Assembly (NCBI GenBank): GCA_025201805.1
Contig: MU619408.1
Coordinates: forward strand, 1-33,537
Reading direction: 5' to 3'
DNA: 33,537 nt
Origin: Parasitella parasitica NRRL 2501
Taxonomy: Eukaryota > Fungi > Mucoromycota
Every line of letters starts with the position of its first letter. Within the stretch, counting starts at the first letter, position 1. This document shows, one piece after another, positions 22,866 through 33,315 of the stretch. The notes below the pieces were generated by a model. That model worked only from the letters and a program-made list of their open reading frames with translations, searched no databases and was not told the origin of the DNA. The position numbers and the translations under genes were made by a program.

Positions 22866-23830
22866 TTATTCAATTAACATCCTAACGGCATCCTTAGAGT
22901 AAATATAGTTTACGGCCGACCATTTGGTTGTGCTACCAGCAGTCCATCTAAAAGCGAATAAAAGCTTAATTTGTGTACAAGTTTGTGCACTTTTCCGTTT
23001 TCAACTTTACTGAAATGCAGTGAAGATTTTTTGACTTGGCTGATGAAACGTAGCGGTTGTTAGTGTCGCACTCATCAGCATCAGCTGCAGCAATGTGTTT
23101 ACTTTGCTGATGGCCGTGGGCCTTACTTCCGCTGATGGAATCGAGAAATCAAAGTACCGTACTAATGTTTTCTTGTGTAATATTTAATATCGTATAGAGT
23201 AACATTAACCCTCTCACGTTTTCTATTCACTTGCTGGTTTTGGCAGGGAGATATATCTAAAATAGAACCCAGAGATTACGAGTCTATAGCGTCCTCACCA
23301 AGAATAAAATATGCCAATGGCACTTGTTGTATTATAGGATATTTTGTTTATTAATAACTTGCATGTTGTGCACGATTTAATAACACCTACTAGGTATCAA
23401 ATCTTGCAGTGAGAGTGTAGCCGTCAACCACAAATGCTTTATCGGCCATGGGATCGGTGAAACTGCCAATAATTGTCTTGAGGTTGAATCTTCTTACGAT
23501 AAAACCAAGGACCTACTGCGTGTTAGCAACAATCGCATTATTTAAACTTTTTCTTTTTACACTGTGTCTGCGATCCCAGCAGCTACAAACACACCTAATG
23601 CTAACGGATACTATTGATTGATAATCAAATATTCAACATGCAGTCCTGCTAATAGTCTTCCAAATACAAGCATATTTGGAATCGTGTAAATGTTTTCATG
23701 TAATAGCAACTGGAAAGTTTACTAGATCTTTTTTTTTTTTTCTGCATTGTCGTACCTGGTTTTTATTTTCTTGCTATTGTGCCTGTGCTTCTTTTTTTGG
23801 GTGGAATTTGCGGTGTGTTAACAAATGGTC
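22866..23830 (-). pseudogene. CRD1: Unprocessed pseudogene of cardiolipin synthase (CDP-alcohol phosphatidyltransferase, CRD1/CRLS1)
   Basis: Fragments HENIYTIPNML..GRLLA, ALGVFVAAGIADT, GFIVRRFNLKTIIGSFTDPMADK, LTATLSLQDLIP, FYFRYISLPKP|KTLVRYFDFSIPSAEVRPTAISKVNTLLQL and YIYSKDAVRML* occur in order with intron remnants. In-frame TAG at 23611-23613 and 23774-23776 and two frameshifts. The 5' boundary is uncertain. Confidence 0.9.
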
Positions 23831-24168
23831 GAATTGGATAGTTCAGATTTCAGTCCATATTTTGCAAATGCAATATTTCTGTTGCTATAATAACTGAATA
23901 AAAGAATTAACTTCCTCTTAAATCAACACACAAATAACCCGCGTCCAAATGCAATTTAATTCAAGGATAAAAATCGTTTATTCAATTTTAAATGGCTGCA
24001 CTTGAGAGATTTATCGATATTATTCAAAATATTTGTAAAAGAATAGGCTCTAGACTAATGGGAAAATGTGTTCTTTTTGATTTGAAGAGGAGTTTTTTAT
24101 TATTAGCTTGGTAAAATACTTTTGGTTGATCAATGTGTACGTGTCAACAGTGTCATTTATGCTTCTTA

Positions 24169-25281
24169 TTACAATTTTTTCCAAATTTTCCAAGCTTTAG
24201 GCTTCTTTTTTTTTTCGTTAGTGGTGGTAGTGGTGGTGGTAGTGGTGGTGGTCGTGGTGGTGGTAGTGGTGGCAGAGATTGCTTCGTTTTCCAAACAAGG
24301 TTCTGGAATCGTGTGGAAGCCCTACGCGCGTATTTGTCAAGTTAGAAGATTAAAATAGTGGCAAGTGAATGCAAGTACCTTTTTACTGCTATTCTTATGC
24401 TTAAATATACGCGAAATTAAGCTGGATCTACGCTTAATACTAGATGTAGATGTGGAAGGAGATATCCTGTCTGAAATAGAGGCTGAAGTTGTCGTTGATG
24501 GTACAGGTGTTGTATCTTTTTGTAACGCTGCTCTCTCCTCCTGCTGCTGCTCTTGATATTTATTCTTTTGGATCTCCTTGATCTCCTTGTTTGTATCATT
24601 TAAAGTTGTTTCATTGCGTCCTGTCGTTATGGGTACGTGATCAATTTGGGTTTGGACGTCAATCCCCTTGTCAATTGAATCAAAAGATAAAAGAGCGGGA
24701 TCGGCGACAGTGGTGGCAACCGTATCATTTGTGGTTTTATCATTGATGATCTGATTTATTGTGGAAACTGATTTATCATTCCTTGAGGATTCCGCTGCTA
24801 GGCCAGATGCATTGTAATGCTCCTCATTGGTATCTGATGAGTAAGAAATCTCCTTGAATGTCTCCTCCTGTTCTTCATGAGTCGACAGCGGCTCTTGCTT
24901 CTCGGTGGTTTGCTTCTCCTCCTCCTTCCTACTTTCCTTCACATGCTCCTTATATCCCTGCTGTTCAAACGAATTTTTTTCCGAAGCATTGTCAGGCGTT
25001 ATATCGTAGGGGATTTCAATATCACATTGGCCAACAACGATAATTTCTGTTGAATCAACATTCTTTTTAGAGGAGGTCGCAGCGGCAGTGTCTTTTTCAA
25101 TCAAGACATTTTTGATAGGGCTAAAAGGCACCACCTTGCGAGATTTCTTGGAGTTAAATCGAAGGGAATCTGGGGCATTCTTCATTTGTTTTTTTTCCTC
25201 GTTACGTTCTTTTCTGCTTTGCGCTCGAATCAATTGGCGCCTGGCACTCCTGTTAAGTTGCTGGGCTACGAGATTTGACAT
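24169..25281 (-). CDS. Hypothetical low-complexity/disordered protein, ~351 aa, 2 exons (25281-24379, 24321-24169)
   Basis: Long E/K/T/S-rich ORF from MSNLVAQQ. A 57-nt intron (GTACTT...CTAAC...TAG) leads to a last exon GFHTIPEPCLENEAISA-T17-NEKKKKPKAWKIWKKL*. Confidence 0.75.
24220..24270 (-). repeat. Coding trinucleotide repeat (ACC/ACT/ACG)17 encoding poly-Thr
   Basis: (GGT/AGT/CGT) triplets on the + strand fall in frame in exon 2 of the 24169-25281 gene. Confidence 0.85.
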
Positions 25282-25322
25282 TGTTACGCTAGATATGCAA
25301 GTAAATGTACCTAAAAGCAAGG

Positions 25323-25324
<2 letters not shown>

Positions 25325-25382
<58 letters not shown>
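25325..25382. repeat. Poly(dA:dT) tract, 58 nt
   Basis: Uninterrupted A run between the Tubby stop codon and the next gene's start. Confidence 0.95.
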
Positions 25383-25384
<2 letters not shown>

Positions 25385-25552
25385 AAACAAAAATGTTAAA
25401 GAAAGAGAAAGAGGTGTTCGATGATAAGTTTCCATGTTCTTATTTATACACATTCGGGAATCATTTTATAGCTAGCACTAGTATTTATGCGGTGTTTTCT
25501 TTCCCTCTTTATTGCCCCAAATCAACCATAAATCAAACATCCCGAACACCAG

Positions 25553-26809
25553 CTACTCGCATGCCAATTTAGCATCAAACGAAGTGAGTGCAATCGAAAA
25601 CGCTTGCAACAGACACATTGGGTATTTGTAATCCATAGTAAACGAGTCTCTCTCAACACGACCAAATTGCATCACAATATAATCCAAATCATTATCATGC
25701 ACAATCTGAAAGTTTTTGACAGATGCTTGTGTCACTCTTCCGTTGAAGTTCAAGACAAAAGATTGGGTTTCTAATACAGGTTGATCAGCGCCGCGTTCTT
25801 AGTCCTCGCAATATACCGTAAAGCATACCTTCGTTCCATTGCGGGCTTTTGTTGTGAAGCACCAGTAAATCTCGGGCTCCTCCATCGCGATATTTGCTCA
25901 ATAACATTTCAGATTCCTTCACTGGTCTGTATTCGGGTCGCTTGCCATCTCGAGTTAACGTATGCATCAAAATTGTCATTTTTCTCGGTCCTTTAAATCC
26001 AAGGATGTTTGGATCCTGTTGTTATACGTCCTTTTTGATTAACAAGCTTTCTAATTGATCAAAATTCAAATGATTTGCTTACATAAAGAACAGCGCCAAG
26101 TTCTTCTCTGATTGGAAGATCTTTCTTTTTAGTCGTCATTTCTCTTTTTACTGGGTTTTTCCCATGAGAGTATATGACAAACGTTGTGCCTAGAAAATTG
26201 GATCTAAAAGAACATGTTCACCATCAGAGAAAAGCGTAATAAACAGCTTTCAAACTCACCTGACTTTGCCCAACTCCACATAACCTTCAGGGACGCTGGT
26301 GTCTTCTCGGTATATGCCAGTAATTGTATAATAGCTCGTGTTACTTTTTCTTTTCTTGCGAGCGGTCATGACATGTTGGGTTTCCCCTGTTCCCAAATGT
26401 TCAATAAACAAGTGATACTGTGGATACAATTTGTCCAGGCCATCCCGACACCGGTGAATGCGACATGTTACTCGGGTATTTAACGCAGCAGGCCTAGTGT
26501 TTTAATATCCTTAGCTGGGAAACGCCAAGCATTATTATGATATTACCTAAACGCAAGATCCAATAGCTCTTTTTCTGTGGTTAATGGTCTCTGCAAAATG
26601 AAATCGGTTGGGTGCTCGGGTCTAGTAACACGAACAGTTTGTTGTAAGCTCAAGTCCATATCGGTAGGTGCAATCGCCATATCAGAGCTGGACGATTCAT
26701 CCTCCTCGTCTTGGTCTTCTTGTTCTAAATTATCAGTACTGGAAAGCTCAAATAATTCTGTTGATAATTGTGGATGCACAACTTGATGAGAGTCTTGTTG
26801 CAGTGTCAT
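25553..26809 (-). CDS. Tubby-domain protein, ~340 aa, 5 exons (26809-26547, 26493-26260, 26203-26083, 26015-25829, 25770-25553)
   Basis: [46 protein letters not shown]|[47 protein letters not shown] and QFGRV...[29 protein letters not shown]. Confidence 0.95.
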
Positions 26810-27030
26810 TTTTTGGTTAATGTTGTGTACGAAAAAGCAGCAAAAGACGTATCATTATGGAAAACAAATCTCCCAAAGGTCCACAGTGACGTCTTTTGAA
26901 TGCATTTCATTATACTTTGTCTTGTAGCTGTCAAAGGCTTCATTACTTTAAGGCTATTGCAGCTGGAAAATAGCATGTTATTTATATGTTCAATGACTTG
27001 AGTTGTTTGAATTCTATATGATTGTGTAAG

Positions 27031-27090
27031 AAAGTGCGAGATTGATTGGTATATACACCTGATTTGCAACCTTTTGAGCTACCGTTGGCA
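27031..27090 (-). pseudogene. Degenerate duplicate of the 3' end of the adjacent Cys-rich gene
   Basis: AAAGTGCGAGATTGATTGGTATATACACCTGATTTGCAA (27031) aligns with AAAGTGCGAGATTACTTGGTGCATACACCTGATTTACAA (27261). It encodes GCKSGVYTN versus DCKSGVCTK, with no start codon. Confidence 0.65.
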
Positions 27091-27271
27091 ACAAAGTATG
27101 GATGTGAAGGTAATGGATAACGGATTGCAAATGATTTTCTTTTATCTTTATTTATACTTCAAGTGATTGTAACTGAAAAAAAAAAAAGAGCTTCGAGCTG
27201 AAACATTGGCATTCTATGATTTATGGATTCAAGACTATACGTAAAAATGATGCTATTCTAAAAGTGCGAGA

Positions 27272-28754
27272 TTACTTGGTGCATACACCTGATTTACAAT
27301 CCTCCTTGCAGTCCCATTGATTTCTGCAACAGACCCCAAATGGCCCTTTGCCATTGCTCTTTCCAAAGTAACTTTTGTTGGTGCATTTCTCAGTAGGTGT
27401 AGGCTTGTTTCCGCATTTACCATTCTTACATTCACCATAACAATCTTGGGTAGTCTTGCAGCAGTCATTGAGAATTCCGTTGTTTTTGCATTTGCCATAA
27501 ACAGTGTTCTTATTTTTGCAAGTGGTAGGCTTCTCACCGCATTTGCCGTCCTTACAATCACCTAGACAATCTTGAGTAGTCTTGCAGCAATCATTGAGGA
27601 TTCCGTTCTTNNNNNNNNNNNNNNNNNNNNNNNNNNNNNNNNNNNNNNNNNNNNNNNNNNNNNNNNNNNNNNNNNNNNNNNNNNNNNNNNNNNNNNNNNN
27701 NNNNNNNNNNNNNNNNNNNNNNNNNNNNNNNNNNNNNNNNNNNNNNNNNNNNNNNNNNNNNNNNNNNNNNNNNNNNNNNNNNNNNNNNNNNNNNNNNNNN
27801 NNNNNNNNNNNNNNNNNNNNNNNNNNNNNNNNNNNNNNNNNNNNNNNNNNNNNNNNNNNNNNNNNNNNNNNNNNNNNNNNNNNNNNNNNNNNNNNNNNNN
27901 NNNNNNNNNNNNNNNNNNNNNNNNNNNNNNNNNNNNNNNNNNNNNNNNNNNNNNNNNNNNNNNNNNNNNNNNNNNNNNNNNNNNNNNNNNNNNNNNNNNN
28001 NNNNNNNNNNNNNNNNNNNNNNNNNNNNNNNNNNNNNNNNNNNNNNNNNNNNNNNNNNNNNNNNNNNNNNNNNNNNNNNNNNNNNNNNNNNNNNNNNNNN
28101 NNNNNNNNNNNNNNNNNNNNNNNNNNNNNNNNNNNNNNNNNNNNNNNNNNNNNNNNNNNNNNNNNNNNNNNCAATCACCTAGACAATCTTGAGTAGTCTT
28201 GCAGCAATCATTGAGGATTCCGTTCTTCTTGCCTTTGCCAGAAACAGTGTCTTCATTGTTACAGGTGTCAGGCTTCTCACCACATTTGCCGTCCTTACAA
28301 TCACCTAGACAATCTTGAGTAGTCTTGCAGCAATCATTGAGTCTGCCATTCTTCTTGCCTTTGCCAGAAACAGTGTCCTTGTTTAAGCATTCAGGTAGCG
28401 TTACTGATGTATATTGGCAAAGAAAGGAGCGGGTGATATCTGTAGCTCCTGATTCAGAGATCTTTTCACAACTAATAGCTTTATCATTGATAGTAATAAC
28501 TGGAGCTTCAAGAGAGCCTGAAGCTTTTACAGCACCAAGATCAGAAGCGGAAGGACAGGCTCCAGAGTTGAACAAGTCTCCAGGCAATGAAGAAGTTCTG
28601 AGACACTTTGAAGAACAATCTTCGATCCTCGCACAAAGATTAGAGGAACCAACAGCCTTTGAGTAGTTGTAACATAGATATTTACACAAGAAACTTGCAA
28701 GAGACCAGAAGCAACAGCCCCCAAGAAAAGTAAGGATTGGTTAGATACTTTCAT
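27272..28754 (-). CDS. Secreted Cys-rich protein with tandem 42-aa six-Cys repeats; spans an assembly gap, and the signal peptide and body are in different frames
   Basis: Signal peptide MKVSNQSLLFLGAVASGLLQVSC, a Cys-containing N-terminal domain, then repeats C..KDTVSGKGKKNG.LNDCCKTTQDCLGDCKDGKCGEKP and a divergent final repeat. A TATA-like TATATATAAA lies ~45 nt upstream. Confidence 0.75.
27400..28389 (-). repeat. 126-bp coding tandem repeat array, interrupted by the N gap
   Basis: CAATCACCTAGACAATCTTGAGTAGTCTTGCAGCAATCATTGAG occurs at 28298, 28172 and 27555 (126-nt period), with a diverged copy near 27430. Confidence 0.9.
27611..28171. other. Assembly gap (561 N)
   Basis: Run of N flanked on both sides by identical repeat sequence. 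Confidence 1.
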
Positions 28755-29656
28755 ATTAGCAATTTGATGATGCACAATAAAATCTTTGAAATGCAGCTTT
28801 ATATATACATTTCTATTTCACATTGAGTTTCTTAATAGGAAGCTTCCTTTAACCGCTGTATCTATGTTAATATCAAATCGCCTCCTGAATCGCCCATGGT
28901 ACATGCTAACATTCATGTCAACAAAGGTGTAACGTTTGCTCAGACCTCATATAGTAGAGATTCACTCTAAAAATAAAATGCTGTTCAAGGAACCAGGCCA
29001 TGAGGATCTTAATTTACCTGCATCAGCTCAAGTTATGGTGATTTTTGACAGGTATGTCTGATGTATAGATATTATATCATATTCCTAATAGACTCGATAA
29101 AGCCAAGACATTGAACACGAACAGCTTCGAAGCGCATTATTCTTGAAATTTATTGCGTGATATTTGTCATATACGATATTAATGCTCTTAATGATGTTTG
29201 AACAAATCGAGATGTCAGATCTTCGGTCGTACGAAATTGTGATTTGGATTTCAACAACGTGGAGAAACTTAGCCACTCTAAGGAGCTTTATCATGATACA
29301 CTATAAATTAGCCGTTGACTTGGTTGTTGCTTCAAGTTAAAATGAAATAAGGCACTGGGATTTTTTATATATATATGCGTCTCAAGTAATCGAGCGCTTA
29401 GTCTCTGAAATTATGATATATTCTGAACATCATTGTAGCTCTGGTACCGTTACAGTATCATTTGGCTGCGACGATCTTTTACTACATGGAAAATCAAATA
29501 CAAATAAAACGGGATTTTACTAAATCGTATGGTTTAAGGAGTCATTCCACACACCTTTTTTACAAGATTCTTTTAGGACATCAGATTATGTGCAAAAAAC
29601 TAAAACGCCTAGCTTTGTCGACTTTTATTTCAGATAATAGGCCGATATAAATAGGT

Positions 29657-30832
29657 TTAATTTGATTTCACAGATTGGCTAGGCAGCAACTTCATTGCAG
29701 TGGACAAAGTGGCCTCTTTTTTGCCATTATTTTGCAATATTTTTACACCATCACCAAGCAACTGTGTTTTGGCTTGATCCATGAGTTTCCAATTAGGTGA
29801 GGCCTGCTTCTTCAACCAGTTAAAATCTTCTATCTGATCAAAGTAATTGGTCGATGTCTGCTGCATATACTGGTAAATAACCTGTATTTTTGTGAAATGA
29901 CAATGTAAATCTTACGCTGACCATGCTCCATTCGCAAACTTGGATATTGTCGGAATCTTCTATAATTGGACGACTAGTTACATTTAACATCAAGTCTACG
30001 CTGTGTGCTTCATGCATGCGGAACTATTCATAATGAGATATACTAGCAATCAAGCGTTTATTTCTGTTACCTGATGACAAGCAGCAACCAGCGCCGAGTT
30101 GGTTAATCCATATATCAAAACCGACCCCTCAATTTTACCACAGTAAATAACACAATGCTCCACGTTCTTGATGTGTACAGCAGATATCTGAATCTTATCC
30201 TCATCTAATATCACCACGCAGTCTTTGAGGTTCGAAATCAATATATCAATACTTTTACCGTCGTTAGTGGCATTACTTTCGTCGTCTAAAGTTAAAACTG
30301 TGCCCTGTTTATCTTTGAAAAGCACTGTTGCTTCTGATAAGATATTGTCATCTGCAACTGCGGAAGGTGCTTGAGGGATAGTCGAAAAACTAGCAGCATC
30401 CGTCGCTACAGGCTTCTTTTTACGCGACTTGAATGAGAATTTGGCTCTTGGCAATAGCTCTGCTTTTATTTGTTCCAGTGTCTCGCTTAAAACTTTTATT
30501 TGCTACATCTAAGTGCATCAGTAATCGAGATCACAGAGATCGGTCCTCAATATCTACCAGTGAAAATTGACGTTCATCGTATGAGGGTATGAACTCTGTA
30601 GCTTTGGTTAAGCTTTTTTCGAGGCTATTGATTTGTTGTAAAACCTTGTTAAAGTGAGTTGGAAGTTCGGTTTTAGGTAGAGCATTTGAGTTTGCTAATT
30701 GATTCTCGATAGCTATATTAGTTATGTCAGTATGTCTGAAATAGTACGCCTTTCTGTAAACATGCCTCGTTTTTCTGCTTTGAACTCTTGCCAGAAATCA
30801 TTAGAAGCTTCGGTTGCCGTTTTCTCTGCCAT
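29657..30832 (-). CDS. TBCC: Tubulin-specific chaperone C (TBCC), ~320 aa, 5 exons (30832-30766, 30712-30558, 30502-30071, 30023-29916, ~29860-29657)
   Basis: IPSYDERQ, LLPRAKFSFKSR, C-CAP beta-helix, CHQ|FRMH (Arg finger), VTSRPIIEDS, QIEDFNWLK and SPNW. Intron 1 is GC-AG. The last acceptor is ambiguous. Confidence 0.93.
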
Positions 30833-33315
30833 AGGTTGAAAGGTGCCACTATAAAAGGTAATTAAAAAGCTGGTGCTTAGAATCGCGAGCAATAGTAGTC
30901 ATGACGGCCGCTAGGTAAAGGAAAACAAACTGCACACTCAACAAGATACACTGCAAGGGATTTTCATCTCTGTATTAAGCAAAATCTCATTATGTATACA
31001 TGCACATGGATGTGTGTGATATACTCATAATATAATGAAAAGAAAATTATGTCGAGTTTTGGTATACATTTAAAGACGTGAAGCATACATAATGGCATTT
31101 TCTGTTGAGCGAACTTTAGTTTTAGATATTTGTCTCATTTGAAGTGATTGTTACAGAATGCGAGTATTGGAAAAGTAATATGCTACAATAAATGCAGATC
31201 GCACTGTTTTTTGTATTCGATATATTACCGGAATTCGAGATTCTACTTTGTGATAAAACATATACCACCTTTTCCTGACCTCTCTTAGTTGATAATACAC
31301 GTGTGAATTCACTACCGTTTTATCTTTATATGTTGTGTTCGTTACAAAAAAGAAGGTACAAGCTTATATAATCGAGTTTAGCTACCATGTTTTTTTCTTG
31401 CTTTGCATATCAATCATTACTGGAGGCATCGTTATCTCCTTTGCTAATTGGGAAACAAACGAATCAATAGTCCTGTGCAACTTTGGGGTTGTACTGTAAA
31501 TAGAGCTATCCTTTTACAGAATGAGAGATCTAGGGCGCATTGATTTGCAACAAGACTTGGGAGCACCGGCTAGATCAGACCTACATGTAATTGCCGTTTT
31601 AGATATTCCTGACCAATAATTCGATTAGTAGATGGTAATTGCCACAGCATAAGTGATACAGTCATTAAAACGTTGATTTCCTTGGTACTTGTAGGGAAAT
31701 CTTAAGATGTCAGGATGATTAATGAGATTTGAGTCTCTTCGAGGACTTTGCATTGAGAGAAAAAATTTATATTTGATTCATTTTCTTCAAACCTCACATA
31801 TATCATGAAAGCCTGCTCTTGCCCTCGTTCTTCCGCCCAACATAGAGAGTTAGAGTTTCCTAAACCCGCTGCAAGAGAGTACGCGAAGCATATCTTCTGA
31901 TAGGTCATCAACAATACCCCTAGACCAGCGCCAAACAGGGCAACACTTTGGCAATCAACTAAGATCATGTGGGATTTTTATATAACTTGCCAGACAACAC
32001 AAATTCAATGAATGTACCAATTGCTTTGTGCAATCCAAAGAACTCTGTTGCATTTAGTATAGATTGCATACGTCATGCTGTAAAATTTCAATTTAGATAT
32101 TGATCTATTGTTGATTGACGCACATGTGGTATCAATAATAGCTTCAGTGATTTTTCAATTCACAGGTTATTGGAGAGCATATTCTACTTGCTATTAGCTA
32201 TGAAAATCTTTTCGATTTTGCACCTGGTTGATTGAAAAGGTTGCATCTTATTTCATATCAAAACCACAAAGGGTCATCTTGACTTCTTGCTACACTGTCA
32301 TTTTTATAGCATTCATACTTGTCAAAATTATGAGGAAGTAAGCGTCCATATAGTATTCAGAAGATTGAGTTTTTTACCATATTTACCTGTCAGGGTAACA
32401 TGATTTTGAAAGCGTAGTATGAAAGTAATGCTGTATCTCATTATTCTTTAGTTTACTGATTTACTGTATTATACGTCAATTTTGATATAGCGTTGGTTAC
32501 TAACCCCCGCCGTTTTTGAAGAAAGCTCCTGACAACGAAATTTACTTGGGTGGAAATCTTTTCATGGACACAATCTTCCTTTATCAAACCTACTAGCCAG
32601 AACAATATGTAATATTTTTATGTAAGGAAGTTTATATTAAGAGAAATGCATGTCCGGATATTAGAAAAAGGGTTGAATTCATAGCTATTGAATTAACTGT
32701 AATACATCAGATAGATTTTGGTTTTAATATTTTACAAACTCAACTACTGGCCATTCTGCCAATAGCGCTGTATTGTACGTATAATGTCCAGAAATTAGCC
32801 TCAAATGTTCCATGCAGCCCAGCCCAATGCAATGCGTCTTACAAAGTTTGAAGATGGTGAATCGCTTAAAATGTGCTTTGTCAAATGCGTATACTCGTTT
32901 ATACGTATATGGTGGCTGATCAAATGTGCACTCTCCAATCGGCAGAACAATATCTATACGAGTAATGTTACACTAGTAAACTATAAAACGTCATTGCTCA
33001 TGGCAGTTTTATACCATATAGTTATTGATATCTGAAATTTTAGCCTTGTTCTTTTGAGTAATATAGATGAAATATAGGACTAAGGCCCAAGTTGCGAGGC
33101 TTGTATGGTATGCAAGTGTATAAATAAATGCCATCACATGAGATGGTTTTGTCCGTCAATCTTGGCAGCAGGAATTTTCTATATCCGTCAACCACTCTAG
33201 ACATTTGAATAAATATTTAGAGATTATCCATGTTGGAATAAGCTGAGTCGCCGACTTGAGTCCTCAGCTTTATGCGGACTTGAAAACAAATAAATTTAAT
33301 ATTGTTGAAGCACTA

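Noticed and set aside
23073-23137. Nested CATCAGC/GCTGATG inverted repeats
   Set aside because: Explained by the CRD1 pseudogene coding sequence.
23611-23776. CRD1 TAG stops rescued by A-to-I editing (TAD2 is nearby) or by readthrough
   Set aside because: Two frameshifts and loss of the catalytic Asp cannot be repaired by editing.
24122-24358. Poly-Val and Gly-rich plus-strand ORFs
   Set aside because: Antisense readings of the poly-Thr codons.
27572-28196. Long X-filled ORFs; the repeats as a CRISPR-like array
   Set aside because: The ORFs are artefacts of the N gap. The repeats are coding units without unique spacers, in a eukaryote.
17085-30832. Kinesin-4, Tubby and TBCC as a microtubule/cilium gene cluster
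   Set aside because: Unrelated genes are interspersed and nothing indicates co-regulation, so this is likely chance.
32790-32990. CALSNAYTRLYVYGG Kelch-like fragment
   Set aside because: One short motif followed immediately by a stop, with no further Kelch repeats.
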